31,333 nt of DNA from an uncultured bacterium (GTDB lineage Bacteria; Krumholzibacteriota; Krumholzibacteriia; Krumholzibacteriales; Krumholzibacteriaceae), in NCBI GenBank assembly GCA_965371515.1, contig CBDUYR010000030.1, positions 1 through 31,333 of the forward strand, in the 5' to 3' direction. Below are positions 1-8,919 of the stretch, in pieces. Below the pieces are notes generated by a model. It was not told the origin of the DNA, did no database searches, and worked only from the letters and a program-made list of their open reading frames with translations. A program made the translations under genes and the position numbers. Position 1 is the stretch's first letter, and each line of letters opens with the position of its first letter.

Positions 1-63
1 GGTCCTGAACAGGCTTATTTTGACCAAAAATATCCAATGAATAAAATCGAAAAAATAAAGTAG
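1..63 (+). CDS. 3' end of a probable DUF1254/DUF1214-domain protein (runs off the window)
   Basis: Frame 1 reads GPEQAYFDQKYPMNKIEKIK*, matching the (RLY)GPxxxxFDxxWxxxxIEK C-terminus I recall for DUF1214 proteins. Only 20 codons are visible. Confidence 0.55.
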   Translation, partial: GPEQAYFDQKYPMNKIEKIK

Positions 64-80
64 AGGAGATTGACAAGAAC

Positions 81-149
81 CGGTTCATCTCCCTTCGGAT
101 CTATGGCCCACTGGAACCCTGGTTCGACAAGAGCTGGAAGCAGGGCGAA
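81..149 (+). pseudogene. Orphan fragment of a second DUF1214-type C-terminus
   Basis: Reads RFISLRIYGPLEPWFDKSWKQGE. There is an in-frame stop at 42-44 upstream and no start codon between that stop and the fragment. Confidence 0.55.
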
Positions 150-430
150 CCATGGCGAGGTCGATCTCGGCTTCTCATGGGGAGAGTCGAACTCCCAATC
201 AGTGGGAGGGACGGGAACTTATTCCGACCGAAAGGCACTTTCTGTTTTCTGATGATACTGTTTTCCTCGACCGAGAGGGGATCAGAGGGTCAGATGGTAC
301 CGTTTACCGACGGGCTGAATATGCATGGTGACGGATGACGTTCTTTATCCTTGCAGGAGGAAAGATATCAATACCGTCTTGCTCTTAATCCTCGTAACCG
401 GCAATGTCGTGGTAAGGAAGGATATATAAC

Positions 431-1213
431 ATGAGGACGAGGTATGCGGTAATACTGATCGTACTGAGTCTTGCCGGTGGAATGTTCCTCGGTGGGTGCT
501 CACCTGTCGAACAGCAGAGCGGGCCGGCTCCAGTAAAGGAAATCCATCCCGGGCTTCTGGAGGGCTATCTGTCAGCGGATGACATTCCCAACAGCCTGAA
601 GCTGGTACCGTCTCCACCCTCCGAGGGCACTGCAGCTTTCGCGCTCGATCTGGAGACCAGCCGGGAGAGCTTCGCGCTGAGAGACACACCTCGCTGGGAG
701 CAGGCGGCCAGGGATGCCGTTCTGCATTTTCCCGAAGCAACCGACGCTTTTTCCGGAGTGATCGGCATACCTGTCACGGAAGAGGATACGCCTTATCTAT
801 ACATGCTGCTGCGACGTACCCTCACCGATGCTGGGCTTTCGACGTATGCCGCAAAAAACCATTACAACCGCAAACGTCCGTTCATGACAAATGGAGAGCA
901 GATCTGCACGCCGGAAGATGAAGAGGGCCTCAGGAAGGACGGCTCATATCCTTCAGGCCACACGGCGATAGGCTGGGCGTGGGCGCTTATCCTCTGTGAA
1001 ATATTCCCCGAGCATACCGATGCCATCCTCGCCAGGGGACGGGAATTCGGGGAGAGCCGGATGATCTGCAACGTTCACTGGCAGAGCGATGTCAACGAGG
1101 GAAGGTTCATGGGAGCAGCTACGGTAGCGCGTCTTCATGCCGATCCCGGGTTTATCGTTGATTTGGAGGCGGCGAAGAAAGAGGTAGAGACCATCCAGGG
1201 AAAAGAAAGGTAA
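431..1213 (+). CDS. Class A non-specific acid phosphatase (PAP2 family, PhoN/PhoC-like), probable lipoprotein
   Basis: PAP2 motifs KNHYNRKRP, YPSGH and SRMICNVHWQSDV; signal peptide ending LGGC; purine-rich RBS AGGAAGGA. Confidence 0.9.
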   Translation: MRTRYAVILIVLSLAGGMFLGGCSPVEQQSGPAPVKEIHPGLLEGYLSADDIPNSLKLVPSPPSEGTAAFALDLETSRESFALRDTPRWEQAARDAVLHFPEATDAFSGVIGIPVTEEDTPYLYMLLRRTLTDAGLSTYAAKNHYNRKRPFMTNGEQICTPEDEEGLRKDGSYPSGHTAIGWAWALILCEIFPEHTDAILARGREFGESRMICNVHWQSDVNEGRFMGAATVARLHADPGFIVDLEAAKKEVETIQGKER

Positions 1214-1215
1214 TT

Positions 1216-1431
1216 ATGAGGTCTCAGTCACTCTGTGCAGGACTCAGGGAGTATTTTAAGTACTACAACAACGAGAGATCTCATCAGTCATTTAATGGAA
1301 GGACTCCTGCAGAGGTCTATAACAGGATCTCACTGAAAGGAGCTGCATGACCGGAAAAACGCCGAGAACCCCGGGGTTCTCTTCCACCTTAAATCAGGAA
1401 GAAAGCAGTCTTGACATGGGGGTCCACTTCA
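1216..1431 (+). mobile_element. IS3-family remnant: transposase C-terminal tail plus right terminal repeat
   Basis: 1216-1350 encodes …LREYFKYYNNERSHQSFNGRTPAEVY… (integrase-core YNxxRxHxxxxxxTP motif), followed by an IS3-like end …CTTGACATGGGGGTCCACTTCA-3' at 1431. Confidence 0.8.
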
Positions 1432-1432
1432 T

Positions 1433-1552
1433 ATCGCGTCGGGCATGGTGGAACTCGCCCGAGGCGACAGTAAAGAGACGATCAAGGTCTTTGACATGTT
1501 TGACAAGTTCGCTCCGGCGAAGAACGTCACGATTCCTCCTCTGGAGGACTAA
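1433..1552 (+). pseudogene. Decapitated 3' end of a gene, possibly an alkyl-sulfatase C-terminal (SCP2-like) domain
   Basis: Open frame IASGMVELARGDSKETIKVFDMFDKFAPAKNVTIPPLED* starts right at the IS end and stops just before the RBS of the next gene. The family call is from recalled resemblance only. Confidence 0.4.
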
Positions 1553-1573
1553 TACCCTTGAAAGGAGACAACA

Positions 1574-2380
1574 ATGTTGCTCAATCGCATCTGTACACTG
1601 ACCATTCTGGCCCTTCTGATCGCAACGGCGTCGGCGGCTCAAGAGCCAGTGGACGAGTTGGAGAACCTGTCCCAGCAGGCGGCGAATCCCCTTGCCGATC
1701 TGATGAGTATCCCCATACAGAACAACGTTGATTTCGGACTGGGGCCCTTCGATCGCAACCTTAACGTGCTGAATATCCAGCCCGTCATACCGATCTTCGG
1801 CGGGAAGATCATCACCCGGACCATCTTCCCCCTCGTCTGGATCCCGGACTTCACGGCAGAGAGCGGGCGCCTCTCGTCGGGCCTCTCCGACATCGTCTTC
1901 ACCCCATTCTACGCACCAACGACCGACGGAACGATGTGGGGCGTCGGCCCGGTTCTCGAGTTCCCGACCGGGGGGTCCCAGCGAGGATCTCAGAAATGGA
2001 GCGCGGGAATATCGGGAGTTCTGATGGTGCAGCCCGGCAACTGGACCGTGGGCCTGCTGGCGAACAATGTCTGGTCGTACGCGGGCGATTCCGAGGCCGC
2101 GTCGGTGAACAAGGGACTAATCCAGTACTTTATCGTCTACCAGCTGGGCAACGGGTGGTATGTCAACAGCGCGCCCATCATCACCGTCGACTGGGAGGCA
2201 GAATCGGGGCAGCGCTGGAAGGTACCTTTCGGCGCCGGCGGCGGCAAGCTGATGTGGTTGGGCAAGCTGCCGGTCAACATCCAGACACAGGCGTACTACT
2301 ATGTAGCAAGCCCGGACTTCGGGCCCGACTGGCAGTACCGGCTTCAGGTGCAGTTCCTGCTGCCTATGAAGAAGGGTTAG
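1574..2380 (+). CDS. Outer-membrane beta-barrel/transporter-like protein (family often annotated 'neuromedin U' in bacteria)
   Basis: Signal peptide; ANPLADLMSIPIQNN, NIQPVIP, GLSDI, WGVGP and W…VPFGAGGGK motifs; amphipathic C-terminal strand; RBS AAAGGAG. Confidence 0.75.
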   Translation: MLLNRICTLTILALLIATASAAQEPVDELENLSQQAANPLADLMSIPIQNNVDFGLGPFDRNLNVLNIQPVIPIFGGKIITRTIFPLVWIPDFTAESGRLSSGLSDIVFTPFYAPTTDGTMWGVGPVLEFPTGGSQRGSQKWSAGISGVLMVQPGNWTVGLLANNVWSYAGDSEAASVNKGLIQYFIVYQLGNGWYVNSAPIITVDWEAESGQRWKVPFGAGGGKLMWLGKLPVNIQTQAYYYVASPDFGPDWQYRLQVQFLLPMKKG

Positions 2381-2486
2381 TTTTTTTGCCGGGCACGAAG
2401 TGTTACAAGAGGTGGAGCAGCTACGAGTTATCAGCATCGGGTGGTGACACCGGTCATAGGACTGAGCTTTGGGATATTCTGATCTT

Positions 2487-3188
2487 ATGAGCAAGCGCAT
2501 CGGCATGTTGACTACCTTGATTCTGAGCGCTCTCGGGTGCGGTGTCATCCCGGTGCTTGCTGGCGAGGTCTCGCCGCAGATCTGGCTCGACTACAACCCG
2601 TCGCACCGGCTCTCGCCGAAGGTGGATCTTTTCGGCGACATCGGGATCCGCTGGGAGATGGAGAACAAAGGCTTGCTGCGTCTGATCCTGCGCCCGAGCG
2701 CGGGCGTGCCGGTGGGGAAGGTGAGGCTTTCCTTCGGCGTTGGCAACTTCTACACCTTCAACGACATAATCGCGAATCGCTGGGAGATTCGCCCCTACCA
2801 GGGCGCCGCCGTTACCTGGCCGGACGGCCGCCTCTCCGTCGAACACTTCTTGCGTCTGGAGGAGCGCTTCGATTTCGATACCGAGACTTGGAACTCGCTC
2901 AACTCGCTCCGCCTGCGCTACCTGTTGCGGGCTGCGTACAGTTGGAATGCATACGAAGTCGCCCGGTCCTGGAAGGCCACGGCGAGTGTGGAGCCTTTCC
3001 TGACGCTGACAGGACAGCAGGGTCAACAGCGAGAACTGGTCCGCGCCACCATCGGCATCGAGCGTTCCTTCGCCCACAATCGCCGGCTGGAATTCGACAT
3101 CTCGTGGCAGCAGGAGAGCCTCATCTTCAATCCGGACGAACATGTGAACGACATCTATCTGCGGGTCCGATGGTTCAAGGTGTGGTGA
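2487..3188 (+). CDS. DUF2490-like outer-membrane beta-barrel protein
   Basis: Signal peptide; WEIRPYQG, HFLRLEERF and LRLRY motifs; aromatic C-terminus. The start may instead be 2469 or 2505. Confidence 0.7.
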   Translation: MSKRIGMLTTLILSALGCGVIPVLAGEVSPQIWLDYNPSHRLSPKVDLFGDIGIRWEMENKGLLRLILRPSAGVPVGKVRLSFGVGNFYTFNDIIANRWEIRPYQGAAVTWPDGRLSVEHFLRLEERFDFDTETWNSLNSLRLRYLLRAAYSWNAYEVARSWKATASVEPFLTLTGQQGQQRELVRATIGIERSFAHNRRLEFDISWQQESLIFNPDEHVNDIYLRVRWFKVW

Positions 3189-3294
3189 TTTGCTATGGAC
3201 GAATCGTCCAGAGACGATGATGGCGACCATCCGCTTCCCATGGTTCGCATGGACGCCGTGACGGGCGAGGGCAGTTCTTCTACGACAGGCTCGA

Positions 3295-4032
3295 TTACGG
3301 TCGCACGTGGTTGTTCGTGTACTTCGTGATCAGCTGGTCGTGAAGCTCCGAGTATATCCCGTGCATCTCTTCCATACGATCCCATGTGAGTCCGGTGAGG
3401 TATTTAGATGTTTTCTTCGGGCTCTTCTTGTAGAGCGCCGCGGCCTTCTCGTCTATAGCGGCAATCTCATCGAAATATCGGGCCTCGACCGAGTCGCGGA
3501 CCGCCCTGACGTCCTCGATCGCAGCCTGCCACTTGAGGTAGAGCTGGTTGTCGACGAAGTACCAGTAGATACCGCCGACAGGGTCGGGAAGCCAGCCGCG
3601 AAGCTGGGCGACCATTCCGTAGCCGCCCTTTGCGACGTTGCGCCTGAAGTCGATGTCGAGCAGGTGCCGCATGTCGGGAGTGGGGAAGGGAGTGGTGAGC
3701 GGGCTCTTGACGAATCCGCCCTCGCCGTCGGGTATTAGCCAGTCATGGTCGGCCGTCATGTCGTAAATCGTTCCCTCGAAGGTCGACCGCTGGAAGGCCA
3801 TCACATCCTGGACCGATACCTTCTCGTCAGGCACGGCAGAGAAGGGGTAGATCGAGAGGTCCTCTACGTACTGGTGGTACGAGTCGTATTTCTCGTGAGG
3901 GCCGTCGAGGGTCCTGTCGGGCCATTCCCTCAGTTCGGGGCAGAAGGTCGAGTAGAAGAGCCAGAACCTGCTCGTCGCCCATTCACGCAGAGTCGGCGTG
4001 TACGCCTCCTGCCAGATGAAGGGAGCGCCGCT
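3295..4032 (-). pseudogene. 5'-truncated, internally deleted copy of the C69 dipeptidase gene
   Basis: Colinear with 5898-6752 with many synonymous differences. It lacks the signal peptide and catalytic Cys, and carries a 126-bp in-frame deletion. Confidence 0.9.
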
Positions 4033-4151
4033 TCACGCAGTTTTGTGATGATCTGCTCAGCAGAATACTGCTTCCTGGACATAAAAATACCCCCTTGTTT
4101 TGTTGCCAGATTATAACTCTAAAGCTGGACCAGTTCTAGGGGATCAGGTCA
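4031..4151 (-). mobile_element. IS3-family remnant: left end plus OrfA N-terminus
   Basis: Minus strand starts TGACCTGATCCCCTAGAACTGGTCCA at 4151; RBS AAGGGGG; ATG at 4082 reads MSRKQYSAEQIITKLREA (HTH_Tnp_1-type start) and then fuses into the C69 fragment. Confidence 0.8.
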
Positions 4152-4211
4152 GTGCGGCAATCAGAGGTTGCGCATCGGCGAGTTTGCGATATCCTTCTAT
4201 CAGGGGATATC

Positions 4212-5888
4212 ATGGAAAAAGGATCTCATCACTTCGGCGTAAAGGTCGGACTGTTCATTCTAATAGCGACCCTGGCCGTCGCTGTGCCGTACTGTAGCGC
4301 ATCGGCTCAGGCTACACTTAAGAAACAGAAACTCGAATCCGTTTCCCCGATAAAGACCGAGACCGATGTTAGTGTAGATGCCGTATACGCTGTCCTGCGG
4401 ATCCCTGGATACATCATATGGAGCGACGAACTGTCCCGTGAAGGCACTCATGAATTCCGGACAGAGGACGACACAGCTGAACAGTCCGGATTCAGGAGGC
4501 GGGTCGAATTTCGCGCGATCCAGGGAGAAAAGGCGATCTCGTCGGCTGATCTCATCGAGGTATATACCGGCGAACTTGAAGGGGCCGGGGCGACCGTCCT
4601 TTTCAGGGACGGCGAACGGATGACGGTCAGCCTGGAGACCGGCGGGCACGAATCGTGGGTCGAGGTTGCGGCGACCGACGGGGGCTACACGGTAACAGTC
4701 GTCGAGGACATATCCTCATCGGATGTCTCCGGGTCGACGGCGGTTACCGGTTCGCTGAAAGATGTCAGCGTCGCTTATCCCGTTCTGCACCCGGGCAGCG
4801 ATATATCCGTGGCCGATCTATCCTCGATGCGTCCCCCCATGGTGACCTATTTTGTCGCGGCTGATGTGGAAGGTGGGGGAGACGGGACGGAGGAGGATCC
4901 TTTCGGTTCGATCGCCAGGGCGTTCGAGCATGCGGAAACGCTGTCTGCTTTGAAGGTCCGTGTGATGCTCGCATTCGGCGAATACGAGGGGGATATCGTC
5001 ATAACGCGGTCGACCGACCTGATCGGTCATGGCGGTGTTCCGAAGATAAAAGGCACTATCGACGGTTCCGGCCGAGGGCTGATGCTCGAGAATCTGGAGA
5101 TCAGGGAAGCGCAGGATACAGGCGTACGTATGGACGGCGGGACGCTCGAGATGACAAACTGCCGTATCGTCCGCACTCGCCGCAATGCTGACGATAGATC
5201 GAGCGGCCGCGGAGTGGTGCTTATGGGGGGAGCTACTGCGGTCATCACCGGCTGCGTCTTCCGGTCGAACGAGGGGCAGGCTCTGCTCGTAACTGGCGAG
5301 GGCACGAAGGCAACCTGCAGCGACCTGTATGCGACGTACAACCAGGTTCATCCTGTCGCGGCGGAATATGCCGCAGAGAACAACGACGTCAGCGGAACTG
5401 GATGCATCGAGGCGTCCGAAGGCGCGAAGCTCCAGATGGAGGAGTTCGATCTTTCCGGCAACGAGTGCTTCGGAGTGCTCGTTCGCAACGGATCCAGCGC
5501 GCACCTGAGATCCGGGAGGATCGATGGAACGGAAGGCGTCGGCAATTGTGGAGGATTCAACCTGACCGTGCTGCACGAGTGCAGTGTCGAGCTGCGGCAC
5601 TTCGTCACGAGCAACGCGGTCTGCGGGATGCACTTCTTCCATTCCACGCTCAGGGTGATCGATATCGAGCTGATCGGGAATTCGATCGGGTTCTCGTTCC
5701 AGGAGCCGCCCGAGGGATACGATCTGGGCGCGTGTCTCTACGCATTCGAGAATAATATCTGGATGCAGGACAACGCTGTTAATTTCGACGGGGTGGCGCT
5801 GTCTGTTCCCGATGCGGGTGATATTGCCGGCGATGATGAGGGCGGGGAAGAAGATGAGCCCTGGTGCCCCGAGGTGCCGTGGGAATAG
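4212..5888 (+). CDS. Secreted right-handed parallel beta-helix protein (DUF1565-like motif) with an extra N-terminal domain
   Basis: Signal peptide; YFVAAD…GDGTEEDPFGSIARA…GEY motif; repeated beta-helix rungs; acidic tail. ATG at 4212 follows AGGGGA. Confidence 0.75.
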   Translation: MEKGSHHFGVKVGLFILIATLAVAVPYCSASAQATLKKQKLESVSPIKTETDVSVDAVYAVLRIPGYIIWSDELSREGTHEFRTEDDTAEQSGFRRRVEFRAIQGEKAISSADLIEVYTGELEGAGATVLFRDGERMTVSLETGGHESWVEVAATDGGYTVTVVEDISSSDVSGSTAVTGSLKDVSVAYPVLHPGSDISVADLSSMRPPMVTYFVAADVEGGGDGTEEDPFGSIARAFEHAETLSALKVRVMLAFGEYEGDIVITRSTDLIGHGGVPKIKGTIDGSGRGLMLENLEIREAQDTGVRMDGGTLEMTNCRIVRTRRNADDRSSGRGVVLMGGATAVITGCVFRSNEGQALLVTGEGTKATCSDLYATYNQVHPVAAEYAAENNDVSGTGCIEASEGAKLQMEEFDLSGNECFGVLVRNGSSAHLRSGRIDGTEGVGNCGGFNLTVLHECSVELRHFVTSNAVCGMHFFHSTLRVIDIELIGNSIGFSFQEPPEGYDLGACLYAFENNIWMQDNAVNFDGVALSVPDAGDIAGDDEGGEEDEPWCPEVPWE

Positions 5889-5897
5889 CCGGTTCGT

Positions 5898-7550
5898 TCA
5901 CGGCCGCACGTGATTGTTCGTGTACTTCGTGATCAGCTGGTCGCGAAGCTCCGAGTATATTCCGTGCATCTCTTCCATACGTTCCCATGTGAGTCCGGTG
6001 AGATACTTCGACGCCTTCTTCGCGCTCATCTCCGCACATTTCTCGTCTATCGCGGCTATCTCCTCGAAATACCGCGCCTCGACAGGGTCTCGGACGGCCT
6101 TGACGTCCTCGATCGCCGCCTGCCACTTGAGGTACAGCAGGTTGTCGACAAAATCGACCGCCCAGCGGTGTGAGTCCTCCGAGTACATCTCAGGATCGTA
6201 CGTGTTCCAGGCGGGATGGATCTTCGTCACGCCGGCGTAGATCGGCACGTACGAGCCGACATGCTGGTTGTCGACGAAGTACCAGTAGATGCCGCCGACC
6301 GGGTCGGGGAGCCAGCCGCGAAGCTGGGCTACCATCCCGTACCCGCCCTTCGCGACGTTGCGCCGGAAGTCGATGTCAAGCAGGTGGCGCATGTCGGGGG
6401 TGGGGAAGGGGGTCGTCAGCGGGCTCTTGACCATGCAGCTGTCGCCTTCGGGGATGAGCCAGTCGTGGTCGGCCGTCATGTCGTATATCGTCCCCTCGAA
6501 TGTCGAACGCTGGAACGCCATTATGTCCTGAACCGAGATCTTCTCATCGGGCACGGCGGAGAATGGGTAGATCGACAGGGGCTCGACGTACTGGTGGTAC
6601 GAGTCGTACTTCTCGTGCGGGCCGTCGAGGCTCCTGTCGGGCCATTCCCTCAGCGATGGGCAGAAGGTCGAGTAGAAGAGCCAGAACCGGCTCGTCGCCC
6701 ATTCACGCGGCGTGGGCGTGTACGCCTCCTGCCAGATGAACGGGGCGCCGCTGTCGGGGTCGTACCAGCCGTGGTCGATCGCGACCTGCATGTAGTTCTC
6801 AGAAGCCATGAACCATTCCGGCTGCGAGAGGTCGATCTCCCTGATGATTAACCAGTTGGGGATCATCGTGACATGATCGTCGGGGACGCGGCGGGCCGCC
6901 CAGAGGGCGCCCGGCTCTCCGCTGCCCGGTTCCCAGCCTGGGCCGATGCTGAGGAGCTCTAGTATCCACGCCTCGTCGGGGTCGGCTATCGCGATCGTCT
7001 CCGACTCGGGGCCGCATGAGGGGAGGAACCCGTACTCGTCGACGAGCGAAGTGATGAGTATGACGGCCTCGAGGGCTGTCTCGCATCTCTGCAGGGCGAA
7101 TATCATCGCCTGTTCGACGGTGATGATCTGCCCGCCCGTCTCGCGTTCTACGCCGAGCTCGGAGCGCTGGCTCGTCGTGCTCTCGCCGATGGCGAGCTGT
7201 TTCTCGTTAATGTGAGAGTATCCCGAATGGAAATAGGCGAATGTCCTTTCCACCTGCGGGATGTGCCCGATGACCTCCCACTCGCCGTGCGCAATGGTCG
7301 GATCCTGGAGGCCCCAGTAGACGGGGGCGAGGCTCCCCTTCCTGTGCTTCTGCGCGGGGACGTAGAAGAGACGCGAGTCGTCGCAGGCGTCGGTGTGCGA
7401 TGTTATCACCGAGCCGTCGACCGTGGCCTTTTTCCCGGCCACGACCATCGTGCAGGCGTCGGCCGGGCCGAACTGAAGAGCCAGCAGGACGACGGCTATG
7501 AATAAACAGGCGAATGATCTCGGGTTCAAAGGGGATTTCATGGAATTCAT
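5898..7550 (-). CDS. Peptidase family C69 dipeptidase (Ntn hydrolase), exported
   Basis: Signal peptide ending ADA then nucleophile CTMVVAGKKATVDGS; INEKQLAIGEST, ETIAIADPDEAW and WAARRVPDDHV motifs. Confidence 0.9.
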   Translation of the reverse strand: MNSMKSPLNPRSFACLFIAVVLLALQFGPADACTMVVAGKKATVDGSVITSHTDACDDSRLFYVPAQKHRKGSLAPVYWGLQDPTIAHGEWEVIGHIPQVERTFAYFHSGYSHINEKQLAIGESTTSQRSELGVERETGGQIITVEQAMIFALQRCETALEAVILITSLVDEYGFLPSCGPESETIAIADPDEAWILELLSIGPGWEPGSGEPGALWAARRVPDDHVTMIPNWLIIREIDLSQPEWFMASENYMQVAIDHGWYDPDSGAPFIWQEAYTPTPREWATSRFWLFYSTFCPSLREWPDRSLDGPHEKYDSYHQYVEPLSIYPFSAVPDEKISVQDIMAFQRSTFEGTIYDMTADHDWLIPEGDSCMVKSPLTTPFPTPDMRHLLDIDFRRNVAKGGYGMVAQLRGWLPDPVGGIYWYFVDNQHVGSYVPIYAGVTKIHPAWNTYDPEMYSEDSHRWAVDFVDNLLYLKWQAAIEDVKAVRDPVEARYFEEIAAIDEKCAEMSAKKASKYLTGLTWERMEEMHGIYSELRDQLITKYTNNHVRP

Positions 7551-7641
7551 CTGACCATCCTTCTCTGAGGTGCTGAGAGTGGTTTATACGTCTGTGCCGA
7601 ATCTACCCGATTGTATGCCGCAATTCAACAGTTCCGGGGGG

Positions 7642-7710
7642 TTGACAGGCCGGATAAGCGTTGATATATTATGATGTATACAATGCATACAATGTAACAC
7701 AATGTAATCA
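7642..7710 (+). promoter_or_regulatory. Sigma70-type promoter and repeat operator of TA module 1
   Basis: TTGACA(7642)-17 bp-TATATT(7665), then four 9-10 bp imperfect direct repeats: ATGTATACA ATGCATACA ATGTAACACA ATGTAATCA. Confidence 0.7.
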
Positions 7711-7721
7711 GGAGGAAGAAG

Positions 7722-7940
7722 ATGAGCAAGCCGATATCCATAAGGATACCCGACGAGCTGGCCAGCGAGCTGGACAGCGTTGCTAGGGAGACCGACAGGC
7801 CGAGATCCTATATCGTCCAGAAGGCGCTCGAGTCGTATATCGAGGATTATGCCGATCTCCAGATCGCTCTCGACCGTCTGCATGACGGAACTGACGAGAC
7901 TATTTCCGGTAAAGAGCTGAGGAAGAAACTTGGCCTTTAA
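7722..7940 (+). CDS. RHH/CopG antitoxin (RelB-like)
   Basis: PISIRIPDELASELD…TDRPRSYIVQKALE ribbon-helix-helix; RBS AGGAGG; overlaps the toxin gene. Confidence 0.85.
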   Translation: MSKPISIRIPDELASELDSVARETDRPRSYIVQKALESYIEDYADLQIALDRLHDGTDETISGKELRKKLGL

Positions 7941-8190
7941 TATCGTCTATAAGAAATCGGTCCAGAGAGACCTTTCGAAGCTCAGCAAGGCTGAAGCAGG
8001 AAGGATATTGATCCGCCTGGAAAAGGACCTGGTCGAAAAGGCCGATTCCTATCCTGCATTGAAGGGAAGATTCAGGGGGCTGCGAAAATATCGCATCGGT
8101 GACTATCGAGTTGTTTTTGCGATCGTGGAATCCGAAGTACAGATTCTCAGGATCGAGTACCGGCGGGACATCTACAGGAAAGAGAGTTGA
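7930..8190 (+). CDS. relE: RelE/ParE family toxin
   Basis: LKGRFRGLRKYRIGDYRVVF…ILRIEYRRDIY; TTG start inside the antitoxin 3' end. Confidence 0.9.
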   Translation: MAFNIVYKKSVQRDLSKLSKAEAGRILIRLEKDLVEKADSYPALKGRFRGLRKYRIGDYRVVFAIVESEVQILRIEYRRDIYRKES

Positions 8191-8222
8191 CAATCCCCGA
8201 GAGTATGATATAATATCATACT
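8187..8222 (+). promoter_or_regulatory. Promoter and palindromic operator of TA module 2
   Basis: TTGACA(8187, overlapping the relE TGA)-16 bp-TATAAT(8209) with extended TG; perfect inverted repeat AGTATGATAT-A-ATATCATACT at 8202-8222. Confidence 0.8.
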
Positions 8223-8234
8223 TGGAGGTGTTAT

Positions 8235-8477
8235 ATGGCCCGGTCGAAGATAGCTATTACGGTAGACGAGGGGATGCTGTCCCAGCTCGATGAGCTTGTA
8301 CGGGCGCATGTGTTCAAGAATCGCAGCCAGGCGATCCAGACCGCGCTCGAGGAGAAGTTGAACAGGCTGAACCGAAGAAGGCTCGCAGTAGAATGCGCGA
8401 AACTGGATCCTGAAGCAGAAAAATCGATGGCCGAGGAAGGGTTGAGTGAGGAGTTGGGTGAATGGCCGGAATATTGA
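8235..8477 (+). CDS. RHH/CopG antitoxin (EndoAI/MazE-type)
   Basis: [15 protein letters not shown]…[13 protein letters not shown]-terminal MAEEGL…WPEY; overlaps the toxin gene. Confidence 0.85.
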   Translation: MARSKIAITVDEGMLSQLDELVRAHVFKNRSQAIQTALEEKLNRLNRRRLAVECAKLDPEAEKSMAEEGLSEELGEWPEY

Positions 8478-8800
8478 GAGGTGAGATCCGCTGGGCAGAC
8501 CTCAGTCCATCCAGGGGAAAGGAACAGACCGGGCGCAGGCCGGTGCTCGTGCTGAGCCATAATGTGTTCAACGAGCGGTCCGGTACGGTGATAGCTGTCG
8601 CATTGACGAGCCGGCCACAGAAAGCAGGGTATCCGCTGACTCTGGAGCTGGAATCAAGGCGTCTGCCGAAGAGGTCCTGGGTGAAGATCAGCCAGATCAG
8701 GACTCTCTCTGTCGAGAGGATCGGAAAGAAGCTGGCCGTGGTCGAGCCTGAGGAGCTGGTTTCAGTCGTCGAGGGGCTGAATGAGATCATCGGGACCTGA
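8462..8800 (+). CDS. mazF: PemK/MazF family endoribonuclease toxin
   Basis: RGEIRWADL…[14 protein letters not shown]…FN…[11 protein letters not shown]. Confidence 0.92.
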   Translation: MAGILRGEIRWADLSPSRGKEQTGRRPVLVLSHNVFNERSGTVIAVALTSRPQKAGYPLTLELESRRLPKRSWVKISQIRTLSVERIGKKLAVVEPEELVSVVEGLNEIIGT

Positions 8801-8919
8801 AGTCATATCATGGGGCGCTTTAATACGATAGGTGATTGTCTATTGTATCATATCGATTATTGATTATCTTTTAAGCAAGCGGCACTTTCCGAAAGAAATC
8901 CGATCGAGGAGGGGACGAT

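Noticed and set aside
70..252. 60-aa ORF from the ORF track
   Set aside because: It has no recognisable features, and the informative DUF1214-like motif is in a different frame.
1216..4151. Composite transposon bounded by the two IS3 ends
   Set aside because: The terminal sequences differ and both ends face the same way (CA-3' on the plus strand); no target-site duplication was seen.
7674..7710. Short tandem repeats as a CRISPR array or iterons
   Set aside because: The units are 9-10 bp with no spacers and no cas or rep gene nearby; their position fits an RHH operator.
7642..8800. Integron cassette array explaining the TA modules
   Set aside because: No integrase or recognisable attC structures were seen by eye.
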